Part shown: piece by piece, positions 1 to 9,215 of the stretch
Layout: each line of letters begins with the position of its first letter
Numbering within the stretch: position 1 is the first letter of the stretch
Assembly (NCBI GenBank): GCA_013694995.1
Contig: JACDBH010000006.1
Location: forward strand, 21,435 to 85,434
Direction of reading: 5' to 3'
Source: Candidatus Saccharimonadota bacterium
GTDB taxonomy: Bacteria; Patescibacteriota; Saccharimonadia; Saccharimonadales; JACDBH01
DNA: 64,000 nt
Notes under the pieces: generated by a model
The model's database searches: none
Told to the model about the DNA's origin: nothing
What the model saw: the letters and a program-made list of their open reading frames with translations, nothing else
Made by a program: the position numbers and the translations under genes

Positions 1-483
1 CTTGGGTACGTTCAGTAGTGGCCTATAGATACCATTGCCGGCTTTCAGTGATGCCAGGCCTTTACGGCCGGTGCCCCTAAGCAGGTTCAAAACCGCCGTC
101 TCAGCGCTGTCGTCTAGATGATGGGCGGTAATAATTCCGTCCGCACCGGCGTGTTTTTGTACTTTACGCAGAAAGTCATAGCGAGCCTCCCGGGCTGCCG
201 CCTCGCTCGCTTTACTACCTAAATTCCCTTCCTTGTACACAAAAGGCAATTTATTTTCTAAAGAAACTTCATGCACCAATTTACGGTCGATATGGGATGC
301 CTCACGGATACCATGGTCAAAATGAGCTACGATAAAAGACAAAGATTGAGGGTGAAGGGTTGAGGGTGAAGGGTTTTTCGCAAGTTTGGTGAGCAAATCC
401 AGTAGCACCATCGAATCGACGCCGCCACTGACGGCGACGACATAGCGCCCAGGCGCCAGCCGGATTGTCTTTGCAATATCCAT
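1..483 (-). CDS. tilS: tRNA(Ile)-lysidine synthetase (runs off window start)
   Basis: Manual translation from ATG 483: MDIAKTIRLAPGRYVVAVSGGVDSMVLL...HFDHGIR...EAAAREARY...AHHLDDSAET...RGTG; PP-loop SGGxDS and TilS motifs. Confidence 0.95.
   Translation of the reverse strand, partial: MDIAKTIRLAPGRYVVAVSGGVDSMVLLDLLTKLAKNPSPSTLHPQSLSFIVAHFDHGIREASHIDRKLVHEVSLENKLPFVYKEGNLGSKASEAAAREARYDFLRKVQKHAGADGIITAHHLDDSAETAVLNLLRGTGRKGLASLKAGNGIYRPLLNVPK
347..374. repeat. 7-nt periodic repeat inside tilS
   Basis: TGAGGGT GAAGGGT TGAGGGT GAAGGGT; encodes NPSPSTLHPQ in the tilS frame. Confidence 0.8.
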
Positions 484-508
484 AGGTTCTATTTTAATCT
501 AATAGTAA

Positions 509-1066
509 ATGAAAAGCTTATACTTTATCCGCCATGGCGAGAGCCAAGCCAATGTCGATGATGTCTGGGGAGGTCAAATTGAAACCCCATTGACCCAAGT
601 TGGCATAGCCCAAGCACAACACGCTGGCCGCAAAGCCAAATTAGAAGGCCTTAAGTTTGATATTATCATTAGCTCCCCCCTCTCTAGGGCTACTGATACG
701 GCAAAATTTGTAGCTCAAGAGATCGGCTATCCTAAGGAGTCAATCGTTTACAATAAACTGCTTCTAGAAAGAAGTTTCGGCATACTGGACGGCACACCAA
801 ATGCTAAAAGTTTCTTTGATTCGCATGAATATAAAGATTTAGACAATGTGGAAGAAGCCGAGACGGTTGAGGAGCTTCAAAATAGAGCCGAAAAATCCCT
901 GCATGTGATAATGAAAAGACCTGAAGATTCCATCTTGGTTGTGGGACACGGAGCTTTCGGTAGGGCATTGCGTCGAGTCGTTAACAAACAGCCTTATACC
1001 GATGAATTCACCAAGGATTGGTCTTCAAGCTATATTCCCAACGCCGAAATCTTTCAGCTGATATAA
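509..1066 (+). CDS. histidine phosphatase (phosphoglycerate mutase) family protein
   Basis: RHGES, SSPLSRA and VVGHG motifs. Confidence 0.9.
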   Translation: MKSLYFIRHGESQANVDDVWGGQIETPLTQVGIAQAQHAGRKAKLEGLKFDIIISSPLSRATDTAKFVAQEIGYPKESIVYNKLLLERSFGILDGTPNAKSFFDSHEYKDLDNVEEAETVEELQNRAEKSLHVIMKRPEDSILVVGHGAFGRALRRVVNKQPYTDEFTKDWSSSYIPNAEIFQLI

Positions 1067-1151
1067 ATTTGCTAAAACAGGAAATTCAACTCCTCCTTAT
1101 CTAGCCAACAGATAATAACTATGCTATATTGACCCCTGTCTATTGTTTTAC

Positions 1152-1268
1152 CAATCGGCTAAACCAAGAACTTGTTCTGTTTAGACGATTGAGAGGAGCA
1201 ACCGACCAAAAAGTGAAGTTTTGGAACAAACTTGTTACAAAACAAGCTAAATAGTAGGGTTGCGACGA
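1152..1268 (+). repeat. 117-nt structured tRNA-leader element, copy 1
   Basis: 113/117 identical to 41590-41706; hairpins; ends directly at tRNA nt 1. Confidence 0.92.
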
Positions 1269-1345
1269 GGCGATGTAGCTCAGTTGGTTAGAGCACAGGA
1301 CTCATAAGCCTGGGGTCACTGGTTCAAATCCAGTCATCGCTACCA
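1269..1345 (+). tRNA. tRNA-Met(CAT), elongator
   Basis: Cloverleaf GGCGATG/CATCGCT, anticodon loop CTCATAA, TTCAAAT T-loop, encoded CCA; resembles E. coli metT type. Confidence 0.92.
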
Positions 1346-1619
1346 AGTCAGCATCAAAAACAACCCCCGCCTATTTTTTGCGCAATCAAGTAGCACAAAA
1401 TTTGACGGGGTCTAATATTGTTCTTCCTTTCCATTTTGCAAATCCTCTCCTAGATTATTATGTAAGAGCTTTTTATTTTCTACACTTTAAGATAAAGTCC
1501 TTCAATTTATTGCCCTACCCCCTTATAATTCCTAGAGTACGGAGCTATATACTTAAATATATGTAATTCGGTTCGCAGCGCTGGGTCAAAGCCAGATTTT
1601 AAAGGGGTTAGTTTTTCTC

Positions 1620-2507
1620 ATGGGACTGTTTGATAAAATCAAAGACAATGCCAAAGATCTTAGTATTAAGGCAATTGAATCTTCTCAGACTGAAGAAGTA
1701 TATGCGCGTCCAGTAACCGAACTTCTTTCTGCTGCTGCCCAAAAAGAAACCGCAACACCGACTCATACTGCCGCTTCTGTAATAGAACCTGTTGAAAAGG
1801 TTGAAGTCAAGACTGCTCCCAAGCCAAAAGAGCCCGAGCACCAAAAACTTGCAACCGTCAAAATTTTCCCGAGTGAAGTTGATGAGCCGGCAGATGAAGA
1901 CAAATTCCTCGAAATGCCCGTTAAGGTTAGGCGGGATCCTGATAATAAAGCTGTGCCCGTCAGTAGAGCCATGATGCGTAACCTAAAAGTAATAGACGTT
2001 ACGCCATTAAGAGGCGTCGATCCTATCAAGCGCATGTCTTATGAGCGCGAGCGAGCCGCCCTAGCTGCACTTAATGCCCAGAGGCGCATGAACGGCACCA
2101 TTCCGCTTTATATCACGAGCCATATGAGTTTTAAAACGCGAATATTCATAAACCGCATCGAATACAGCGGCACTTTTGGCAAAACCGTCATTCCTATCAA
2201 CCAGGTTGGGTGGGTCAAGCTGCGGGCCTCCGGTACCGGAGTCATAGTCGAAACCACAACCGGCAAAAAAGTCGTTATGGTAGTCAAACCAAAAGACCGG
2301 CTAAGCTTTGCAGAGGCCGTTATGAAGGTCCAATCCTTGCAGCCTAAACGTACTAAGCCCAAAGACACTTTGACAATTAGAATTGATGAACTTGACCGCG
2401 TCTCTGAAGGCATTGAAGAAATTGAAAAACTGGCGGGGTTAGTAAAAAAAGGCTACATCACCGAAGAAGAATTCAACACCAAGAAACGTCAAATCCTCGG
2501 ACTATAG
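1620..2507 (+). CDS. hypothetical protein, PH-like beta domain and C-terminal SHOCT domain
   Basis: 295-aa ORF; C-terminal IEKLAGLVKKGYITEEEFNTKKRQIL is SHOCT-like. Confidence 0.75.
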   Translation: MGLFDKIKDNAKDLSIKAIESSQTEEVYARPVTELLSAAAQKETATPTHTAASVIEPVEKVEVKTAPKPKEPEHQKLATVKIFPSEVDEPADEDKFLEMPVKVRRDPDNKAVPVSRAMMRNLKVIDVTPLRGVDPIKRMSYERERAALAALNAQRRMNGTIPLYITSHMSFKTRIFINRIEYSGTFGKTVIPINQVGWVKLRASGTGVIVETTTGKKVVMVVKPKDRLSFAEAVMKVQSLQPKRTKPKDTLTIRIDELDRVSEGIEEIEKLAGLVKKGYITEEEFNTKKRQILGL

Positions 2508-2595
2508 ATACTGGGGTACTTTTGGTAAACTGCAGCTTTAGGTACATTGCATACAGTAAGTTTTTTACTATTTCCTAACTTATATTTTCTAATTG

Positions 2596-2631
2596 CTAAA
2601 AACTCCCCGAGGTTCTTTGGAGAGTTTTTAG
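2596..2631. terminator. probable bidirectional intrinsic terminator
   Basis: CTAAAAACTCCCC...GGAGAGTTTTTAG inverted repeat. Confidence 0.6.
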
Positions 2632-2643
2632 GAGAGTTACATT

Positions 2644-2727
2644 TTACAAACTGGCGATTACTTCATCTATTGCCAAGATTGAATTATCGCTAGTCGGTAA
2701 AAATTCATAATTGATATTGTTGAACAT
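2644..2727 (-). CDS. putative 27-aa small protein (or sRNA)
   Basis: MFNNINYEFLPTSDNSILAIDEVIASL*; AAGGA upstream; lies between a consensus promoter and a terminator. Confidence 0.4.
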   Translation of the reverse strand: MFNNINYEFLPTSDNSILAIDEVIASL

Positions 2728-2774
2728 TTTGCTTTTCCTTTTTTACTGTTTGTTTTGTCATGACAGTAATTATC

Positions 2775-2802
2775 ATTATACACGCTTTTGCTTTTTTGTC
2801 AA
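2775..2802 (-). promoter_or_regulatory. consensus sigma70 promoter
   Basis: TTGACA-16 nt-TATAAT on the minus strand. Confidence 0.75.
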
Positions 2803-3048
2803 CTTTGTTTATGCTTATTATTTTCAATAACAGGGGTAAAGATTTGAATAAAAACTTGCTCTTTCTGGCTTAACATGCTTTACTTATGCTTGCAGGTAAT
2901 ATCTGTTCTAATCTAGTAATAATGAATGTTCGCCTTTTGGTTAAACGCCGTAGGATGAGTTCGGGAACACTAGCGGGACGGAAGAAAGTTGGTCGATCAA
3001 CTGCGTTTAACATAGTGGTTCTTAAATAGAACCGACAAAAGGATTTTA

Positions 3049-3357
3049 ATGTACAAATTATTTGTAGGCGGTTTGCCGTTTTCTACTACCGAAGATGAGC
3101 TTCGCGACATGTTCGCAGCTCATGGTACTGTAGCATCAGCAATCGTCGTCAAAGACCGCGACACCGGTCGTAGCAAAGGATTCGGCTTTGTCGAATTCGA
3201 GAGCGACGACGAAGGAAAAGCTGCTGAAAAGGCCCTAAACGGCTCTGACATGGGCGGCCGATCTATCACCGTTAACGAGGCTCGTCCTCGTGAGGAGCGA
3301 CCTCGTCGTGACTTCGGCGGCGGTGGTGGTGACCGTGGTGGCAACCGAAGCTGGTAA
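3049..3357 (+). CDS. RRM RNA-binding protein
   Basis: RNP2 LFVGGL, RNP1 KGFGFVEF, Gly/Arg-rich tail. Confidence 0.95.
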   Translation: MYKLFVGGLPFSTTEDELRDMFAAHGTVASAIVVKDRDTGRSKGFGFVEFESDDEGKAAEKALNGSDMGGRSITVNEARPREERPRRDFGGGGGDRGGNRSW

Positions 3358-3378
3358 TCCAGTTTTAGGTGCTAACCA

Positions 3379-3409
3379 AAAACACCCCTCATCCGAGGGG
3401 TGTTTTTTT
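3379..3409 (+). terminator. intrinsic terminator (bidirectional)
   Basis: AAAAACACCCCTC-ATCC-GAGGGGTGTTTTTT. Confidence 0.9.
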
Positions 3410-3422
3410 ATGAATAGCTAGG

Positions 3423-4364
3423 CTATTGCTTTTTACTAGAAATTACCTTTGCTTTTTCGGCTCTAGCAGCTACAAAACAGCGCTCTAATGACTTTGTAAC
3501 AAATTCAGCATCATGGGTTTTGCCTAAGATACTCTGGACGGCGGCTTCAACCCTAGGGGCAAAGCGGCTGTAATGTCTTACAGCCCTAATAATAAGCTGG
3601 TCATCTAGTTCATCATTAAAAAGTTCTTGGCTAATCTGCTCAACCGGACGCGAGAAAACAGTCATATCACCGCCAGTTAATAACGCTGCTACTCGTCCTA
3701 GTTGGGCGCGGTGTCCATCGTTGCCGACTCCGACAACTTCATAAGTTAATCTATTCAGTACCCTGGAAAATATCCGCTCAGCCGGTGACATTTGGGCGTC
3801 CATCATTTCTGTAACAGTGCGGCTGAAGTCTAGGTGACGGCCTTCTTGCTGTAAAATCCTCGGTCCCGCGGTCTCAACGAAACCAACTTCCCCGTCCGCT
3901 TTTAATTCACTGAATAAACGTCGATAGACTGTAGCGGTTAGGCGCTCATGAGAGGCATGCCTACCAAAAACAAGCTTTGTCTGTGCCCTGCGTATTGAAG
4001 GAATTACAGAAGAGATGCCGCCAATTTTAAACTTGAGGCTCACAACTTCTTTTTCAGGAAGCAGTGGTTCAACACCAATCCGGCGCATAAATTCGCCTGC
4101 TATTCTTTCGTGGCCTGTTTCTTCCTGGACCCAAGGGCCATTTAAGAATTTGGTTATTACTGGGTGCAAATGCGGGCTGATAGTGGTTATTTGCTCGATG
4201 TTCAAGGGAACACTGCCCTCAATCCTATGTATTGTCTGTTGGGTCGGGCCATATTTCTCGGCTAGGTAGTCTGATGAATTTTTAAAGCCAAAGTCTATGC
4301 TATCAATAGGAATAGCGCCATCCATTTTATCGATTTTTCGCTCTAGCTCGGCAATCGTGCTCAT
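3423..4364 (-). CDS. ferritin-like diiron protein (acyl-ACP desaturase-like)
   Basis: Two ExxH motifs: WVQEETGH and QQEGRH. Confidence 0.65.
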   Translation of the reverse strand: MSTIAELERKIDKMDGAIPIDSIDFGFKNSSDYLAEKYGPTQQTIHRIEGSVPLNIEQITTISPHLHPVITKFLNGPWVQEETGHERIAGEFMRRIGVEPLLPEKEVVSLKFKIGGISSVIPSIRRAQTKLVFGRHASHERLTATVYRRLFSELKADGEVGFVETAGPRILQQEGRHLDFSRTVTEMMDAQMSPAERIFSRVLNRLTYEVVGVGNDGHRAQLGRVAALLTGGDMTVFSRPVEQISQELFNDELDDQLIIRAVRHYSRFAPRVEAAVQSILGKTHDAEFVTKSLERCFVAARAEKAKVISSKKQ

Positions 4365-4380
4365 ATATACTGCTTTACTT

Positions 4381-4842
4381 CTAGTCTATAGACTCCAATT
4401 TGAATAATACTTTAACATAAATCTGGAATTCTGACGGATCAACGTGCCGGTAAACGGCCTGGCGCAAGCCGTTTCTAAGCTCTGTTTCAATTTCCTTGGT
4501 TATAGGTATGAACTTGGGGTTTACGGTCACATATTTCGAACGGCTGTCTTCCTCATCAGTTTTACGCGACAGCATTTTTTTTGATTCCAGTAAGTTGATG
4601 GTGTTAGTGAGATAGGGCAGGGTCGTACTTACCTGCTCGGCCAGCTCGCTGATCCGGATGCCTTTTTTGCCGGCATCAAGTACTGTACCGATAATCAGCC
4701 ATTGGGTTTTAGATATTCCGAATGGCTCTAAGATACCATCACTGATTTTTTGCAGCCGGCGATTAACAGAGGCTTGTAAAACTCCAGCCTGATATGTGGT
4801 AATATGAGCTATATCGTAGGTTTGTTTAGGTTTAGATATCAT
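4381..4842 (-). CDS. MarR family transcriptional regulator
   Basis: wHTH ISELAEQVSTTLPYLTNTINLLE and DSR wing motif. Confidence 0.9.
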   Translation of the reverse strand: MISKPKQTYDIAHITTYQAGVLQASVNRRLQKISDGILEPFGISKTQWLIIGTVLDAGKKGIRISELAEQVSTTLPYLTNTINLLESKKMLSRKTDEEDSRSKYVTVNPKFIPITKEIETELRNGLRQAVYRHVDPSEFQIYVKVLFKLESID

Positions 4843-4862
4843 GTAGGGAGTCTAACACATTA

Positions 4863-4883
4863 ACTTAGTAAAGTAAACTATTA
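4863..4883. promoter_or_regulatory. putative MarR operator
   Basis: ACTTAGTAAAGTAAACTATTA, 20/21 identical to 38530-38550; overlaps the -10 (TATAAT, minus strand) of marR. Confidence 0.6.
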
Positions 4884-4998
4884 TAGTATTTAGTATTTGT
4901 ATTGAAAATTCTAAATTTTAAGAAATCAACTCATTACCACTATCGTGGTTATGGATTTTAAAACTTGTTCCCATAACTCTCACAACTAAAACCCCTGC

Positions 4999-5598
4999 TC
5001 AAGCTTGATCTTTTTTCTTCAGCATCAGCGCAAATGCAATTTGCGCAATACCCAAAAGAATAATAAGCAGTACAATAAAAGGCTTGCTGTAGAGTATGGC
5101 GATAAGAGCCGTTACCAGTAAGGCAATACCACTCAGCATGAATGTCTGATAAGGTTTGGGTTCGACAGAAGTCGGTCCAGATTGGATATTGTCTAAAATA
5201 GAGTTGGTCATTGATGATGGTGTATTGTCTTGTGCAAGCGATTCGGCTGGTTGTTCATTTTTCCTAGCTGTCTGCAGCTTATTTGCTTCGGCCATCCTAT
5301 ACTGGGCTTCTTTAAGCTGAGTGTTGGCTTCTTGCTGGGATTTCTGAATCTGTTCAGCCCGCTCCTTAATGGCTTCTAATTGCCTTTTTTGAGACTCGGC
5401 GTTTTTTTTCTGCCTGGCTAAAACTTCTTCTGTCACTGGTAATGTCAGTGGCTGCGCCGGTGTAGACAATGTTTTAATTGGAGTGGATTGAGACGGTGTC
5501 TGATCGATCTGCACCGGGCCAGTCGGTTCGTCTAGCGCAATATGAACAAAACCCTGAGAATCTTGGGTGGGTTGATATGTAGTGTCTTTTTTAGCCAT
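4999..5598 (-). CDS. hypothetical protein, coiled coil and two C-terminal TM helices
   Basis: ORF; AGGAG upstream of ATG 5598. Confidence 0.7.
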   Translation of the reverse strand: MAKKDTTYQPTQDSQGFVHIALDEPTGPVQIDQTPSQSTPIKTLSTPAQPLTLPVTEEVLARQKKNAESQKRQLEAIKERAEQIQKSQQEANTQLKEAQYRMAEANKLQTARKNEQPAESLAQDNTPSSMTNSILDNIQSGPTSVEPKPYQTFMLSGIALLVTALIAILYSKPFIVLLIILLGIAQIAFALMLKKKDQA

Positions 5599-5751
5599 AA
5601 AACTCCTTATTCTTGCCCTGGATTTTACGCTCAATAGATTAACATAGCTGTAATGTATTTAACATAAGTTATGGCACTAAAAGGCCAGTGGATTAGCCAC
5701 CGGCTCAAACCTGCTAATTATATAGATAGATATTCTTGCCAGAATTATTTA

Positions 5752-5802
5752 TTATTTATGTAACTTCTTTATCTGGTCTTTGCCGCCAAAATGTAGTTTC
5801 AT
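5752..5802 (-). CDS. putative 16-aa micro-ORF
   Basis: MKLHFGGKDQIKKLHK*; GAGGG SD; upstream region resembles that of 21999-22082. Confidence 0.35.
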   Translation of the reverse strand: MKLHFGGKDQIKKLHK

Positions 5803-5896
5803 GCTGTTCCCTCTTTAGTCCCTACTGTTTACGCTTACAAACTCGCATAAATTATAAGTAAAATAACAAAACATAAGCACTAGATCCAAATAACTT

Positions 5897-7003
5897 TTAA
5901 GTAGGTCTGGAAGGAAGAGTTACGCGAAAAGTAGTACCTACTTTATAGATGCTATGGAAAGTAATTTTGCCGCCGAGGAGTTCTACGAGGTGCTTAACTA
6001 GGTATAAGCCTAATCCAGTACCAGGTCGGGCGGAGTCAACAGCGTTCTCTGCCCTAAAGAACTGTGTAAATATTTTATCTTGGGATTTTTTAGGTATACC
6101 TATGCCGTTATCTTTGACTTCGACAGTTACAACCTTTTGGCTTTGAATTAATGATATGGATACCTCACCTCTATGAGCAGTGTATTTAATAGCATTAGTA
6201 ATAATATTGGAAAATACTTCATGTAGCATGTAAGCATCACTTATTACTGGCTGCAAATCTGTTGGTATTTCAATTTTAATCGCCAACTCTTTTTCTTTTA
6301 CTTTACCTTTATTTTCAGTAAGGATGCGTTGAATAATTTCTTCAATATACACCGACTCCATGTGCCTCACATACCTGTTACTGTCCAGTTTAGATATATC
6401 TATTAACATGCTAAGAAGTTCATTCATATGATTAGCGGCGTCTAAAATGGTTGTGCTTGAATCTTGTTGGACTGTGTTTAGTTTACCCAAGTATCCATCG
6501 CTGAGCATATGGGCGTGTGTTTTTATGGCTGTTAGCGGGGTGCGTAGTTGATGTGAGGCAAGATGGGTAAAGTTACGGCTAATTTCTTCCAATTCAAATT
6601 CGTTTGTTATGTCCTGAAGCATAATTACGACTTGCTGGGTAGGCTCAATATAATGCGTAGTCAACCTAACTGATACAGAGTCTTGGTTTACAATTTGCCA
6701 TTCATAGATACCTAGTACTTTCTCCCTTTTATTCTTAGGTTTTTGTAATGGAAATGGCTTGGGAAAGGAATTAGTTTTAGGTTTTAATAAAAGAACCTTT
6801 TCTATGTTTTGGCCTATCAAGTATAACCTTGGCTTGTTTAGAATTTCAGCGAGGGAATCATTTACAAATATGACTACACCGTCACTATTAACAACGCACA
6901 CAGAATCAGAAATATTAGATAAGACTATATCCATCCAGGCTAAAGTTTGCCTTAACTCCTTAATATTATATTCGTATTCATTTTTTTCCTTTGACACTAT
7001 CAA
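5897..7003 (-). CDS. PAS-domain sensor histidine kinase
   Basis: SHQLRTPL H-box, NAIKY, DNGIGI, GTGLGL. Confidence 0.93.
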   Translation of the reverse strand: MIVSKEKNEYEYNIKELRQTLAWMDIVLSNISDSVCVVNSDGVVIFVNDSLAEILNKPRLYLIGQNIEKVLLLKPKTNSFPKPFPLQKPKNKREKVLGIYEWQIVNQDSVSVRLTTHYIEPTQQVVIMLQDITNEFELEEISRNFTHLASHQLRTPLTAIKTHAHMLSDGYLGKLNTVQQDSSTTILDAANHMNELLSMLIDISKLDSNRYVRHMESVYIEEIIQRILTENKGKVKEKELAIKIEIPTDLQPVISDAYMLHEVFSNIITNAIKYTAHRGEVSISLIQSQKVVTVEVKDNGIGIPKKSQDKIFTQFFRAENAVDSARPGTGLGLYLVKHLVELLGGKITFHSIYKVGTTFRVTLPSRPT

Positions 7004-7383
7004 TCCATGAGGGGGTTAATTATTGCCGCAAACCGCCACTGCCCATCTTTCTTATCGGAAATAATAAACAGTTCTACATTCATAATTTCATTATTCTTAC
7101 AAACTATCGATACTCGTACAGGCTTGCCAATTATCCTGGGTTGTTCTGTTACTAGGAATCTAGAAAACCCGACCATATGAACATTGCGCATATGTTCCGG
7201 CATAATACGGGTAACGGCCTGACTTAATAGCTCATCCGAAGTCCATCCATAAGTTTTTGTAAACATTTCGTTTACAAATGTAAAAAAGGAATTATGATCA
7301 ATCGCTACAGCTGGCACTTGCTGTAACTTGACTACGTCATCAAAACTATTAGGATAAGCAAACTCCTCGGACATACACGACAT
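7000..7383 (-). CDS. stand-alone PAS domain protein
   Basis: FVN...YGWTSDELL...IMPEHMRNVH pattern resembles FixL-type PAS. Confidence 0.8.
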   Translation of the reverse strand: MSCMSEEFAYPNSFDDVVKLQQVPAVAIDHNSFFTFVNEMFTKTYGWTSDELLSQAVTRIMPEHMRNVHMVGFSRFLVTEQPRIIGKPVRVSIVCKNNEIMNVELFIISDKKDGQWRFAAIINPLMD

Positions 7384-7449
7384 TATAAACTAACTTTGTG
7401 GTAGATGAATATTTAAGAGTTTTTAATTTTTATCTTAACAGTACCTGTG

Positions 7450-7818
7450 CTAGGTTTCCAGCAACTGCTTGACGGCATCAATAAGTTCAGTCGGAGAGGT
7501 ACCAGCCTTCAATAAATACTTGGTTGCCCCTAACTTTTCAATTTGGTCGAGTGTTTTTGGGTCTGAAAGGTTGCTCAGTACCAGTATTTTCATCTTGGGA
7601 TACTTCTTCTTCACATCAACTTTTTCTAAAAATTCAATTCCGCCCATTACTGGCATCAATACATCCAGGATAATGATATCGGGTTTGACGGTATCTAGTT
7701 GCTCCAATGCCAATTTGCCATGAGGCGCTTCATATACTTTGAATTTCTGCATATTAAAGAGCATCACATAGACTTTACGTAATGCGGCTTCATCTTCTAC
7801 AATTAGTACCTTTTTCAT
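7450..7818 (-). CDS. single-domain response regulator (receiver)
   Basis: VEDE, LDVLMPVMGG, LSN, YLLK. Confidence 0.93.
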   Translation of the reverse strand: MKKVLIVEDEAALRKVYVMLFNMQKFKVYEAPHGKLALEQLDTVKPDIIILDVLMPVMGGIEFLEKVDVKKKYPKMKILVLSNLSDPKTLDQIEKLGATKYLLKAGTSPTELIDAVKQLLET

Positions 7819-8945
7819 GTATGCACTTCTATTGGTAAAATCACTGAAAACGTCGTTCCCTTGCCTAATTCTGACGACACGCTGATATCACCCTGGTGTA
7901 ATTCTACGAGTTTTTTTGCCCAGTACAAGCCTAACCCGGTGCCGCTAGTAGTTGAGTTAACATTTTCGATGCGGGTAAATTTAATAAACAACCTTGATAT
8001 ATCTTTAGGATCTATGCCGATACCCTCATCTTTTACCTGAACAATGACTCTATCGGGCTCGGTTTTTAGTATTACACTGACTGTACTATTTGGGGAGCTG
8101 TACTTCATTGCATTATTAATTAGATTTTCAAAAACCATCTGCATCTGGAGCGGATCGATACTACATACAACCTTTTTTTCTTTAGAGATGAACAGTAAAG
8201 TCATATTATTTTTCTTATAATCCGGTTTTTGGCTTGTAACAATCTTGTTAAGTAATTGAACCATATCCGTTTCTTTTCTTACGGCTTTAACTTTATCGGC
8301 ATCAGCTAGGGCGATCTTAAGTAAATCGTTTATGATATCCAACTGATTGTTATTGTGCTCGTAAGCCAGCTTTAACATTTCTGCTTGCTCTTCAGTTATG
8401 TCTCCTATGTAACCGTCGATTATCATACCTAGGTATTGTTTGACTACGGTCGCCGGAGTTCGCAACTGATGCGATGCGATTGAAATAAATTCATCCTTGG
8501 CGTGCTCGAGCTTCATTTCTTCGGTAATATCCCGGAAAATTTCAATTGCCCCCATCGGCCTTTCATTGAGCATCACGGGTGATACTGTCAATGCTACCTG
8601 TACTCGAGAGCCGTCTTTTCTTCGGTAATAAATACGTTTGAATACTGGTTTGCCGCTTAAGAAAACTTCTATCACTGGACGCTCTATGTTAGGTATTTCA
8701 CTGCCGTCTTCATACTCGGCTCTAACGGTATCGGGATACCATTTCCCTATTAAATCCTTCGGGTTGTAGCCTAGAATATCAAGTGCAATTTTATTAACGC
8801 GCGCTATATTTCCACGTTCATCGATTACGATTGCACCCTCCCCAATGCTCATAAATAATACATCGGAAACCGCACTTTTACGGTCTAGCCGATCCTCTTT
8901 GGTTTTGGTTTGGTCTGCAGAGAATAGTAGTTGCTTGCGCGCCAC
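7815..8945 (-). CDS. PAS-domain sensor histidine kinase
   Basis: PAS/PAC (RRKDGS, RDITE), SHQLRTP, NAMKY, GTGLGL. Confidence 0.93.
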   Translation of the reverse strand: MARKQLLFSADQTKTKEDRLDRKSAVSDVLFMSIGEGAIVIDERGNIARVNKIALDILGYNPKDLIGKWYPDTVRAEYEDGSEIPNIERPVIEVFLSGKPVFKRIYYRRKDGSRVQVALTVSPVMLNERPMGAIEIFRDITEEMKLEHAKDEFISIASHQLRTPATVVKQYLGMIIDGYIGDITEEQAEMLKLAYEHNNNQLDIINDLLKIALADADKVKAVRKETDMVQLLNKIVTSQKPDYKKNNMTLLFISKEKKVVCSIDPLQMQMVFENLINNAMKYSSPNSTVSVILKTEPDRVIVQVKDEGIGIDPKDISRLFIKFTRIENVNSTTSGTGLGLYWAKKLVELHQGDISVSSELGKGTTFSVILPIEVHT

Positions 8946-8953
8946 GATAAAAA

Positions 8954-9211
8954 TTATTTGCCGTTCAGGATCAACGATCTTAAATCATTTGTAAAAGCTT
9001 CAATAACTTTGGGATTATTAGTAAGCAGAGCAAAAGCAATACTCGACCAATTTATGAGTTTGGGCAGGTTCTTCTTACTAAGCTGTTCTGGCTCTATATT
9101 AAGATGAGTATTAATCTGTCGCCTCAAGAACCGCTCGCCAGCTGGGCCTAGGTATTCTTCGGTCACTAAAACAGCTTTTTCATAAAGGGTAATTCTCTTG
9201 GTGGCTATCAT
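8954..9211 (-). CDS. small helical protein in the two-component operon
   Basis: ORF tightly coupled between the membrane protein and the kinase. Confidence 0.7.
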   Translation of the reverse strand: MIATKRITLYEKAVLVTEEYLGPAGERFLRRQINTHLNIEPEQLSKKNLPKLINWSSIAFALLTNNPKVIEAFTNDLRSLILNGK

Positions 9212-9215
9212 TAAC

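Noticed and set aside
1378..1566. 62-aa ORF after tRNA-Met
   Set aside because: TTG start, AT-rich, no SD or motif.
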